DNA of 63,354 bases, counting the filler, from Eubacteriales bacterium (GTDB lineage: Bacteria > Bacillota > Clostridia > Oscillospirales > CAG-382): the NCBI GenBank assembly GCA_045636665.1. It is 6 parts of 6 records of this genome, joined end to end, with 100 filler letters (N's around TTAATTAATTAA, not from the genome) between each part and the next. Parts side by side here need not be neighbours in the genome. Positions count along the whole stretch, not along the records: positions 8,125 to 24,497 come from JAZTXY010000040.1; 5 more parts are not named here. One strand, 5' to 3'. A program made the position numbers and the translations under genes. The notes under the pieces are model-generated. The model saw nothing but the letters and a program-made list of their open reading frames with translations. It was not told the origin of the DNA and made no database searches. Below are positions 9,947-18,106 of the stretch, piece after piece (position 1 is the first letter of the stretch; each line of letters starts with the position of its first letter).

Positions 9947-10648
9947 TTATTCGGGCTTTTCCTCGGTCGATTCATCGAGAGGTTCAGCCGATTCGGGTGT
10001 TTCCTCAACGGTTTCGGGTGTTTCGATAGCTGTTTCGGCAGGTTTTGCGGTCATTTCGGCACGAAGTCTTTCAAGCTCTGCTTTAAGACGTTCGTTTTCT
10101 TCGTTAGCGGCGTTGATTTCGGATTGAGCCGCCGCGATTTCGGGGTCGGTAGCTTCTTGCTTCTTCTTGCCGAGCATATCGGGCAAGAAAACAAGGATAA
10201 GAAGCACGATACCGATACCGATGGTTATATACATTCCCGGAGGGTTTTGGACAAAATCCGAAACGTAGCCGAGAACAGGGATTGAGAATTGGGGAACGCC
10301 GACAACGTTTTTATAGTGTACGGGTTCGGCATCTTCAACATTATTCGCATCACCTTTGGTGTAGAAGCGTTCATTTTCAGCATCAACACGAACGACACGG
10401 TGGGTTGCTACATCCAAATTTTCATTTAATATAAACGTAATAGGGTCGCCCTCTTTGATTTCCGTAGGATCGACCTCACCGACATAAAGCAGGTCGCCGA
10501 CGCTGTAGGTCGGTTCCATACTGCCGGAAATGACGGTATAGCATTCATATCCGATAAGGCGCGAGCCCATTAAAAACACGGCACACAGAACCATAAGCAC
10601 GACCAAGACGGTGGTAATTACGCTCCATACCTTTTTAAAGTTGGTCAT
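9947..10648 (-). CDS. sipW: SipW-type (Ser/His) signal peptidase I
   Basis: VISGSMEP, GDPITF, ATHRVV, FYTKGDANN, IPVLGY. Confidence 0.9.
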   Translation of the reverse strand: MTNFKKVWSVITTVLVVLMVLCAVFLMGSRLIGYECYTVISGSMEPTYSVGDLLYVGEVDPTEIKEGDPITFILNENLDVATHRVVRVDAENERFYTKGDANNVEDAEPVHYKNVVGVPQFSIPVLGYVSDFVQNPPGMYITIGIGIVLLILVFLPDMLGKKKQEATDPEIAAAQSEINAANEENERLKAELERLRAEMTAKPAETAIETPETVEETPESAEPLDESTEEKPE

Positions 10649-10651
10649 TGG

Positions 10652-11452
10652 TTACTCCTTTGTTTCCGATTCATCGGTCGAATCGGCGGATTCGGTGGAT
10701 TCAGCAGTTTCTGCAGATTCTGCAGTTTCAGAAGATTCGGTAGATTCAGCAGATTCGGTAGATTCAGCCGTTTCGGTGGGTTGGGCTTGGTTGCCTTCCA
10801 ATTGAGCCTTCAACGCCTTGAGCTCTTCAAGCATTTTTGCGTTTGCTTCTCTTTCGGCTTCGATCTTTTCTCTTTCTTCCTGCATTTCGCTCATTTGTTC
10901 CTTCTTGTATCTGCGGAAGAGGTTGAAGAACTTGACACCTTCATAAATTATAATAAGCATAAAGGGGATGAAGATGCACACGAAATAGCCGGGGGTTGTT
11001 TTTAAGAAGTTAAAGAAGGTACCGAGACCGGGGATTGCGGATCGATACTGACCGAGGACATAAGGATAGGTGACAACGGTTGTGTCATCGGTATTAGTGG
11101 TGGTACCGTAGGTGATAAAGCCGGGGTTACCCTCCGCATCGGTGGTTAAACGACGAATTTTGTGGGTTATCGTTTCGCCGAAGCTTTCGGTATCCTGCGA
11201 CATAAAGGTGATGATGTCGCCTTCTTTAAGGGTTGAGGGGTCAACCTCTTCGACAAGGATAAGCGAGCCTGCATCGAAATCGGTCGCCGCCATCGAGTCG
11301 GAATTTACTATGTACATTTTATAACCGAACAAGCTGCGGTCGTTACGGTTGAAGGTCGTTACGGAAACGACGGTGAATACCATCATCGATACCGCAAGTA
11401 ACACAACAAGCCAGACCACCGTTGTTTTGATTATACTCATTGCTTTTTTCAT
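10652..11452 (-). CDS. sipW: Second SipW-type signal peptidase I with an acidic repeat tail
   Basis: VNSDSM, GDIITF, ITHKI, ITYGT, IPGLG; coiled-coil segment then (AES/TES)n tail. Confidence 0.82.
   Translation of the reverse strand: MKKAMSIIKTTVVWLVVLLAVSMMVFTVVSVTTFNRNDRSLFGYKMYIVNSDSMAATDFDAGSLILVEEVDPSTLKEGDIITFMSQDTESFGETITHKIRRLTTDAEGNPGFITYGTTTNTDDTTVVTYPYVLGQYRSAIPGLGTFFNFLKTTPGYFVCIFIPFMLIIIYEGVKFFNLFRRYKKEQMSEMQEEREKIEAEREANAKMLEELKALKAQLEGNQAQPTETAESTESAESTESSETAESAETAESTESADSTDESETKE
10664..10777 (-). repeat. Degenerate 9-nt tandem repeat encoding AES/TES/AET
   Basis: GATTCGGTA/GATTCAGCA/GATTCTGCA units on the + strand. Confidence 0.8.
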
Positions 11453-12048
11453 ACAGAGACAGACTCCTTGTTATCCTTAAAGTATTGCTTTACAGATTCA
11501 TAAACAACGCGAAATACGTGTTCGGAGTAATTATCCTCCTTGGGCATTTGGTTGTTATGTGTTTTTATCGCAAAATCGAACATTACGTTGAGAATGTGGT
11601 TAAGTATCAACCAAACGTTTGCTTGTTCAACAAATGCATCCTTTAATTTTTCGACAAGCGGTATATAAAGCTTTTCGTGAAATTCGTTTGAATGCTTGAT
11701 GAAGTACGGCGAATAGAAATAACGGATATATGCAATGCAACGTTCGTGGTTATCCAACATAAAATTCCATATTGCATCGAAAAGCTTTCTGCTACGAGCT
11801 TTAAATTCAAGCTCGGACATATACATAACAGGAATTTCCTGCATTGATTTTTCAAAAAGCTCGTTATCCAATTTTTCGAAGGTTTTCGCCAACAAATCCT
11901 CTTTGCCGGAAAAATAGCGGTATATATATGCTTCGTTAATGCCGGTTCCGGCAGTGATAGCTTTTGTGGTTGTTTTATCAAGACCTTCGTTCGCAATAAC
12001 AGATATAGTTCTCGAAATCAGGGTTTCGCGAATATCCTGCGGACTCAC
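11449..12048 (-). CDS. TetR/AcrR family transcriptional regulator
   Basis: GLDKTTTKAITAGTGINEAYIYRYFSGKEDL HTH; 4-nt overlap with the downstream sipW. Confidence 0.92.
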   Translation of the reverse strand: MSPQDIRETLISRTISVIANEGLDKTTTKAITAGTGINEAYIYRYFSGKEDLLAKTFEKLDNELFEKSMQEIPVMYMSELEFKARSRKLFDAIWNFMLDNHERCIAYIRYFYSPYFIKHSNEFHEKLYIPLVEKLKDAFVEQANVWLILNHILNVMFDFAIKTHNNQMPKEDNYSEHVFRVVYESVKQYFKDNKESVSV

Positions 12049-12070
12049 AATTACCGCTCCTTCCCAAGGT

Positions 12071-12116
12071 ATAGTATTTACTACTTGCTGTGCCCACTAC
12101 TCATAGTATTTACTAC
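12071..12116. promoter_or_regulatory. Two identical 14-bp sites with a palindromic core; probable TetR operators
   Basis: ATAGTATTTACTAC at 12071-12084 and 12103-12116, core TAGTA-TT-TACTA, lying between the promoter and the tetR start. Confidence 0.7.
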
Positions 12117-12185
12117 ATAAGTCGTTTAAAAATCGGGCATAAACCCGTAAACAGAATGTGCGCAGCATACTTATATACGATGATG

Positions 12186-12214
12186 ATTTTATCACAATAG
12201 CAAGAAAAAATCAA
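12186..12214 (-). promoter_or_regulatory. Sigma-A promoter for the tetR-sipW operon
   Basis: Minus strand TTGATT-17 nt-TAAAAT with extended TG. A perfect palindrome ATTTGTTAACAAAT lies at 12227-12240. Confidence 0.6.
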
Positions 12215-12299
12215 TAGTTTTTATGAATTTGTTAACAAATATTTTTGGAACATTTTGGAACGTTATGCGGAAAATTCGGTTTTTACGTCGTAAACAAGA

Positions 12300-12334
12300 A
12301 AAATACCGTTGCATTTGTTTGGCAACGGTATTTT
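12300..12334 (-). terminator. Intrinsic terminator after the MFS gene
   Basis: AAAATACCGTTGC...GCAACGGTATTTT hairpin. Confidence 0.7.
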
Positions 12335-12386
12335 AAAACAAGTCGTATTTTATTGTTTGGCGCTCTTAATATATATAGGAAGACAA

Positions 12387-13619
12387 TCAGCCGAACCGTT
12401 TCCATCTTCTGACGTTCAGCAGACACATTACGCCGCCTACAAGGGCAATGACCGACCACGAGCCGACAGTGAAATACCAGCCGTATTTTTCGGAGAAGAC
12501 CGCAAAGCCATAGGTCGATGCGGCGGAGCCGATATAAGTGAAGGCGTTAAGCACTCCCGAAACGGTGGATATTTTTCCGAACCTTGCATAGTGAAGCGGT
12601 ACGCGACTGATGAGCAAAAGGTTTACGCCGTGCATCGCCGAAGCGATAAGCGACATAAGTATTACCGATGCGATAAGACTTACCGAAAGGAGCGGCAGCA
12701 TCAACAGGGTAAAGACAAAGCCTATACCATAAAGCAACGCGGCGCATAGAAGCTCGTTTTTAAGCTTGTTTTCGATAACGGCGGCGATTTTTATACCGAT
12801 GATTGCGAATATCGGCAAAAGCACTGCGGTTAATATTGAAACTGCGTTGGAAAGACCGAACGTATCGGATATAAGCGAGGGCATCCAGGTCGTCAGCCCG
12901 TCGCGGAGCATTCCTTGAAGTATGATTGCGGCGAGAATGAAAACCATTCCCGAGCCGATAACTATCCTTGAAGCAGAGGGCTTGGAGGCGTTTGGTGTGC
13001 AATCTGCGCCGTCACTTCCCTGCGGTTGCGTTTCCTTTTGCTTTTCGGGAAGCCTTTTGGTGCCGAAATGCCACGCAAAAAGCATCACCGCGCCCACAGC
13101 GCCGGTTATGTAAAACACAAGATTCCAGCCGCAAATCGAGATGCACAGCGGCGAAACGAGATAGAGCAAAATATTGCCGATTGAGGATGCTGTTGTTACC
13201 GACACGACAGCGCGGTTATAATCGTCCTTTGACAAATGATCTGCCATTAAACGCACAAGCGGCGGCCAGAACATTGCTTGGGCAAATCCGTTTATTCCCC
13301 AAATCACGGTCATCAAAACGAGGTTTCCGTTGAGAAAAGGCATTACCGTATTGCAAACAGCCGTCGCACCGATACCCGAAAGAATGATAAAGCGAGGAGA
13401 TATTTTATCGCCGATTATTCCGCAAATAATTTGTCCGATACCATAAGTAAGAAACGCGCAGGTGCCGATAATGCCGGTTGCATCGGTAGAGGTGCTTAGC
13501 GCAGTTGTAATTTCGGAAATAACAGCGTTGTAACTGTTTCTTGTCAGATAGCTTGTGAAATAAACTATCGAACAAAGCCATATAAACGATTGCGCATTCC
13601 TCGCAGTTTTGGTTTTCAT
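12387..13619 (-). CDS. MFS transporter (GlpT/OPA-like)
   Basis: About 12 hydrophobic segments; YFTSYLTRNS, GIIGDKISPR (MFS motif A), NGFAQAMFWPP. Confidence 0.88.
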   Translation of the reverse strand: MKTKTARNAQSFIWLCSIVYFTSYLTRNSYNAVISEITTALSTSTDATGIIGTCAFLTYGIGQIICGIIGDKISPRFIILSGIGATAVCNTVMPFLNGNLVLMTVIWGINGFAQAMFWPPLVRLMADHLSKDDYNRAVVSVTTASSIGNILLYLVSPLCISICGWNLVFYITGAVGAVMLFAWHFGTKRLPEKQKETQPQGSDGADCTPNASKPSASRIVIGSGMVFILAAIILQGMLRDGLTTWMPSLISDTFGLSNAVSILTAVLLPIFAIIGIKIAAVIENKLKNELLCAALLYGIGFVFTLLMLPLLSVSLIASVILMSLIASAMHGVNLLLISRVPLHYARFGKISTVSGVLNAFTYIGSAASTYGFAVFSEKYGWYFTVGSWSVIALVGGVMCLLNVRRWKRFG

Positions 13620-13699
13620 CAGGGATGCCTTTCAGAGTGTTCTTGATTTGCAGACATTTTAACCCAAAACATCCTCTTTTGCAATAGTCATTTTAACTT

Positions 13700-14050
13700 T
13701 CAGCACCACATCATGCTTTGATAAAACATAATGGATATGATCAACGAAACAGCGAAAACCGATATTATGTAGACGACACGAATCCAACGCTTTTCTCCGA
13801 GCATTCTTTTGGAAAGAAAATATGCAAGGACGGTTGCACTAACCGAAACCGCCGCCCAGAAAAGACAAGTGAAATCATTTGCATTGAAATTGTTCGCGAT
13901 CAAATTCCCCGATTCGTCAATTTGCGGGCATCCGCACCCCAACCAATCAACGATAAACTCTTGATTTGCGAGATTATACGGAATCACTAATACAAAAAAC
14001 AGCAAAATCGGTATAGCGAGCATTAAAGATGTTTTAACAGTTCCCTTCAT
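13700..14050 (-). CDS. Small membrane protein of unknown function with a GCGCP motif
   Basis: ATG 14050 preceded by AAGGAG; three hydrophobic segments; ends MMWC. Confidence 0.7.
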   Translation of the reverse strand: MKGTVKTSLMLAIPILLFFVLVIPYNLANQEFIVDWLGCGCPQIDESGNLIANNFNANDFTCLFWAAVSVSATVLAYFLSKRMLGEKRWIRVVYIISVFAVSLIISIMFYQSMMWC

Positions 14051-14187
14051 ACGCTTTCTCTCCTTAATCGTGTTCTTACATAAATTATACAACAGAAAAA
14101 GCAAAATTCCTTTAAAAATCACAGAGCGTCGCGCGTTTTTGTCATTATGCATAATTTTTTGCTGTAATATTATGCTAATTTTAACAA

Positions 14188-14216
14188 TTGAAAACAAATT
14201 GCAGTTATGATAGTAT
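14188..14216 (+). promoter_or_regulatory. Putative sigma-A promoter
   Basis: TTGAAA-17 nt-TAGTAT with extended TG. Confidence 0.5.
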
Positions 14217-14273
14217 TGTATTAATATAAAAACGGCCTGCAACGATGCAGGTTGATAAAATTAGGAGGAAACC

Positions 14274-15302
14274 ATGAGAGTATTATCCTTGATCCTTGCA
14301 GCATTTATGTTGTTTGCGCTCGTTGCTTGTTCCGAAGACGTTGTTGAACAAAGCAATGCTGACGTATCCCAAGCAGAATCTTCCGCAGCTGCTTCCACCC
14401 CCGACGATGAATCCGAAGAAGAATCCGTAGCAGTTTCCGAAGATGCTTCCGAAGAAGCTTCCGAAACCGTTTCCGAAGATGTTTCTACCGAAACTTCCGA
14501 TGAAACCTCTGACGAAACTTCCGACGAAACTTCCGACGAAACCTCTGATGAAACCTCTGAAGAAGAGGAAGAATATGAGCTTCCCACTTACAGAGACGTT
14601 GAAATCGGCAAAGCTACTACCGCTCCCGTTGTTGACGGTAACGTTGACAAAAACGAATATGCAACCACTATCGAATTCGATATGGACGAAACCTATTGGA
14701 ACTACAATTCCGATGAAGCTGCTGACGGATATGACGTTACCCTTAACATGAGCTGGGACGAAAATTATCTTTACACTGCAGTTAAGCTCAGAGTTGGTAA
14801 GCCCAGAACCTATGATAACGCAGATTTCGCTGCTAACGCACCCCACATCTTCCACCGCCGTCACGTTATGACCGCAATCGTTACCGGTGACCCCACCGAT
14901 GCTAAATATCTCGAACCCAGCGGTGAACCTTATTGGGATTGGAGCGCTGCATACGGCTCTAACCTCGGTAGCGAATGGACCATTTCCGCTCAGCCCGACG
15001 GTTCCAACATTCGTGCTGACCACTTCGGCGGCGTTTCCGGCAGCGCAGACTTCCAATACGTTGTAGGCGTTTCCGGTCTCGATTATGAAGTTTACGAACA
15101 AAGAATTCCTTGGTCTGCATTGGCAGGCGGCGCAAGCTTCGTTGCAGAAGAAGGCGCTATCATTGGCTACGCATTCTCGAGCTGCTGCGAAGAGATCGAT
15201 TATGAAGACGAAGAAGCTGAAAGCATTTACGCTTGCTTCGGCGGCGGTATTGCATTCGGTAAGAGCTTCTCCGAATACGTGCCCGTTACCCTTGTAAAAT
15301 AA
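14274..15302 (+). CDS. Acidic lipoprotein with an S/E/T-rich stalk and a CBM9/DOMON-like C-terminal domain
   Basis: Lipobox LVAC; 'APVVDG..DKNEY', 'MSWDENYLY', 'YEQRIPWSAL'; RBS AGGAGG. Confidence 0.75.
   Translation: MRVLSLILAAFMLFALVACSEDVVEQSNADVSQAESSAAASTPDDESEEESVAVSEDASEEASETVSEDVSTETSDETSDETSDETSDETSDETSEEEEEYELPTYRDVEIGKATTAPVVDGNVDKNEYATTIEFDMDETYWNYNSDEAADGYDVTLNMSWDENYLYTAVKLRVGKPRTYDNADFAANAPHIFHRRHVMTAIVTGDPTDAKYLEPSGEPYWDWSAAYGSNLGSEWTISAQPDGSNIRADHFGGVSGSADFQYVVGVSGLDYEVYEQRIPWSALAGGASFVAEEGAIIGYAFSSCCEEIDYEDEEAESIYACFGGGIAFGKSFSEYVPVTLVK
14490..14558 (+). repeat. 12-nt tandem repeat encoding (DETS)n
   Basis: GAYGAAACYTCY x5 plus a partial unit. Confidence 0.85.
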
Positions 15303-15332
15303 TTCATTAAAAATTTTACATCCGTTAGAATG

Positions 15333-15366
15333 CCCGCCGTAATAATTTACGGCGGGATTTTCTTTT
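15333..15366 (+). terminator. Intrinsic terminator
   Basis: CCCGCCGTAA-TAAT-TTACGGCGGG followed by a T-rich tract. Confidence 0.8.
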
Positions 15367-15405
15367 TAAATCAGTTTAATCACTTCATTAACTGTGAGGT
15401 CTTTT

Positions 15406-18045
15406 ATGAAACGTATAATTGCGCTATTTCTGTCGACGTTGTTGTTACTTTCCTTCGTCGCTTGTAACAGCGATGAAACAACAGACTCTGGCAATGCTGA
15501 CGAATCATCCGTTGCAACAGATGAATCCTTTGAAAATTCCGAAGCTTCCAAATTTGTTCTTAGTGAAAAGGTTGCGTTGATAGACAGCTTTATGAAGCAC
15601 GATATCGACCGTTCGCTTAAGGTCAAGAACCTCTTTTACAAGCGTTCCTACAAGGCGAGCAGACCTGCAGGCACCAACCGCCCCGAAAACAACAACAAGC
15701 TTACCAACGGTGAAATGATGGACATTATTTTCGACTCCAAAGTTCACGTCGGTTGGGAGGGCGGCTCGATGCTTAATATCGACTTCGATCTCGGCGGCAC
15801 CGACCACAAGCTTGCCGACCTTTCGATAAGATGCTTCCGTATTCTCGATTACGACGTAGGACTTCCAAAAACCGTTACCGTTTCGGTATCTAACGACAAC
15901 GAGGAATTCACAACGGTCGGTAAGATTTCCGCCCCGACATACATTAATCCTACCGCAATGTACGATTATTATTTCTCATTCCCCAAGGCGATAAGCGCGC
16001 AGTATATCAGAATCACCTTCTCGGCGCAGGAAAAATCAAATCTTGTGCTTGACGAGATTATGGCTTTTGAATATTGCGAGGACGGCACTATTGATAACAC
16101 GCTCGGACGCGAAATAGAGCACAATCTTATTGTTGAGGATTTTTATGATTACGAGCTTAACCTTGGTGAATCAAGCGTAAAATCGAGCGAAAGCGATGCC
16201 GATTACAACACTGTTCAAAACCTTGCAAAGCTTGAAGGGGTAGAGTTTGACGTTGAACATTGGGAAGCTCTCGGCAAAGACACCAGCACCAGCAACAGTA
16301 AAATGAGTAAGATCGGTGTGCTTACCGACGGCAAATATCACAGCGCAGGAAACAACCCCAACGACAGCGATTATTTCATTTTCCATCGCGGTGCGGGCAG
16401 ACACGTTGTTGCCGACCTCGGACACGTAATGTCTGTCAGCAGCTGTAAAATCGCTTTTGAAGATAAGTATTCGTGGGGTATGACTACTCCCCCCGTTTAC
16501 TACATAAGCGTTAGCGAAAACGGAGAGGATTGGGTTACCGTTTTTGCAGAGCATAATCCCGATTACGGCAAAGCGGCAAGAGGCCACGATATCAGAACCT
16601 GCAACTTTAAAGAAGAATATCGCGCAAGATACGTGCGCCTTACCTTCGGAACCGTTCCCGATAACAAAACGTCAAGCTTTGTTTATATCGGCGAATGGGA
16701 AATTATGGGTAAGAAGAATCCCGAAAATGCAAAAACCGCTACCCTTGACAAGGATATCGTTTACGGCAGATATCCCGACCCCGAGGAGGTAGGCGTCAGC
16801 GATATTCTTTGGACAGGTATCGGAAACACCGTTGGCGAGCACTGCACGACCTACCACGTACTGACCGAACAGACCGCATACGAATATATGTGCACGACCG
16901 GTGAAGACGGCAAAGCAGATAAGATTCTCTTTGATTCCTTCTGCTTCACTACAAGAGAGCCTATGAACTGGCTTCCCGAGAGAAACGAAACCTATTCCTG
17001 GTGGCTTGAAGAAGTATTCTATGAAGGACTTAACCTCGATGCAGTTGATGCGGCGCGTAAAAGAGTCAATGAGGAGCTTGGTATCGAAGGCAAGCAAAAG
17101 GTATGGCTTGCTGTAAACTGCCCGATAATCGGCGACACGTTTAACGGCAAAAAGGTTTCCACTCTTGCAGACTACAACGCTTGTCTTAAGTGGATGGTCG
17201 ACGAATGTATTAAGCGCTTTGAAGCCAAAAACTATGAACACGTTGAATTGATGGGCTTTTATTGGCAGGTTGAAAATATGCGACCCAATATGTGGTCAAG
17301 CGCCGCCGCACACGATACAAAGGCTGTTATCGAGTTCAACAAATACGTTCACAGTCTTGGATATAAGACCGTATGGCTTCCCTATTACAACTACAACTAC
17401 GGCATTTGGAATGCTATCTATTACGGATTCGACGTTACCTGCTGGCAGCCCAACTATATGTTCAACGATACCGAGCCTACCAGACTCAAGGCAATCGCAG
17501 AGCTTGCAAAGCTTTACGGCGTGGGTATTGAAATCGAAATCGAATCCAACAAGCAGGGTGAAGAATCGCTCAGAAAATACCGTGAATATCTCGGCGCGGG
17601 TTATGAATACGGATTTATGAGCGGCGTTAATGCATACTATCAAGGCGCGGTGCCCGGCGCATACGTGCTTTACCGCAACGACACTAACGAATACAACAAG
17701 GCAATTCACGACGATACCGTTCTTTACATCCGCAACGAGCTTGATTGCCATCCCAACAAGGGCGAAGCAAAGCCGCTCGACCAATTTGCCGATCATTCGT
17801 TGACGGTCATCGTAAGACGTCAGGTAAAGAGTGTCAACATCGGCGAGGTCAAGGGATATGACGTAAGATTCGTTAAGACCCCGATTTACGGCACCGTTCA
17901 GCTCAACGAAAACGGCTTGCTTATATACACCGTTATGGACGGTTACGTTGGTTCCGATGAAATCGAAATAATGATTTCCGACGGAAACGGCGAATTTAAG
18001 ACCATAAAAATCGACGTAAACATTGTTTTGGAAGAAGAAAAATAA
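15406..18045 (+). CDS. Lipoprotein with F5/8 type C-like domains, a DUF4855-like putative glycoside hydrolase domain and a C-terminal cadherin/Ig-like domain
   Basis: Lipobox FVAC; 'KLTNG', 'VSVSxD', 'ARYVRLTF'; 'ELMGFYW', 'WLPYY', 'GFDVTCWQPNY', 'GIEIEIE', 'YYQG'; 'PIYGTVQLNENG..YT...Y.GSD'. Confidence 0.8.
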   Translation: MKRIIALFLSTLLLLSFVACNSDETTDSGNADESSVATDESFENSEASKFVLSEKVALIDSFMKHDIDRSLKVKNLFYKRSYKASRPAGTNRPENNNKLTNGEMMDIIFDSKVHVGWEGGSMLNIDFDLGGTDHKLADLSIRCFRILDYDVGLPKTVTVSVSNDNEEFTTVGKISAPTYINPTAMYDYYFSFPKAISAQYIRITFSAQEKSNLVLDEIMAFEYCEDGTIDNTLGREIEHNLIVEDFYDYELNLGESSVKSSESDADYNTVQNLAKLEGVEFDVEHWEALGKDTSTSNSKMSKIGVLTDGKYHSAGNNPNDSDYFIFHRGAGRHVVADLGHVMSVSSCKIAFEDKYSWGMTTPPVYYISVSENGEDWVTVFAEHNPDYGKAARGHDIRTCNFKEEYRARYVRLTFGTVPDNKTSSFVYIGEWEIMGKKNPENAKTATLDKDIVYGRYPDPEEVGVSDILWTGIGNTVGEHCTTYHVLTEQTAYEYMCTTGEDGKADKILFDSFCFTTREPMNWLPERNETYSWWLEEVFYEGLNLDAVDAARKRVNEELGIEGKQKVWLAVNCPIIGDTFNGKKVSTLADYNACLKWMVDECIKRFEAKNYEHVELMGFYWQVENMRPNMWSSAAAHDTKAVIEFNKYVHSLGYKTVWLPYYNYNYGIWNAIYYGFDVTCWQPNYMFNDTEPTRLKAIAELAKLYGVGIEIEIESNKQGEESLRKYREYLGAGYEYGFMSGVNAYYQGAVPGAYVLYRNDTNEYNKAIHDDTVLYIRNELDCHPNKGEAKPLDQFADHSLTVIVRRQVKSVNIGEVKGYDVRFVKTPIYGTVQLNENGLLIYTVMDGYVGSDEIEIMISDGNGEFKTIKIDVNIVLEEEK

Positions 18046-18054
18046 AATAAAGGA

Positions 18055-18083
18055 ACGCCCGAAGGAGAATATCCTTCGGGCGT
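18055..18083. terminator. Bidirectional terminator
   Basis: ACGCCCGAAGGA-GAATA-TCCTTCGGGCGT between convergent genes. Confidence 0.8.
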
Positions 18084-18106
18084 ATCTTTTTGGACTTTAT
18101 TTGTTA

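Noticed and set aside
12049..12180. Possible c-di-GMP riboswitch before the fibre locus
   Set aside because: I found no GEMM-I/II consensus, only a short hairpin and the operator repeats.
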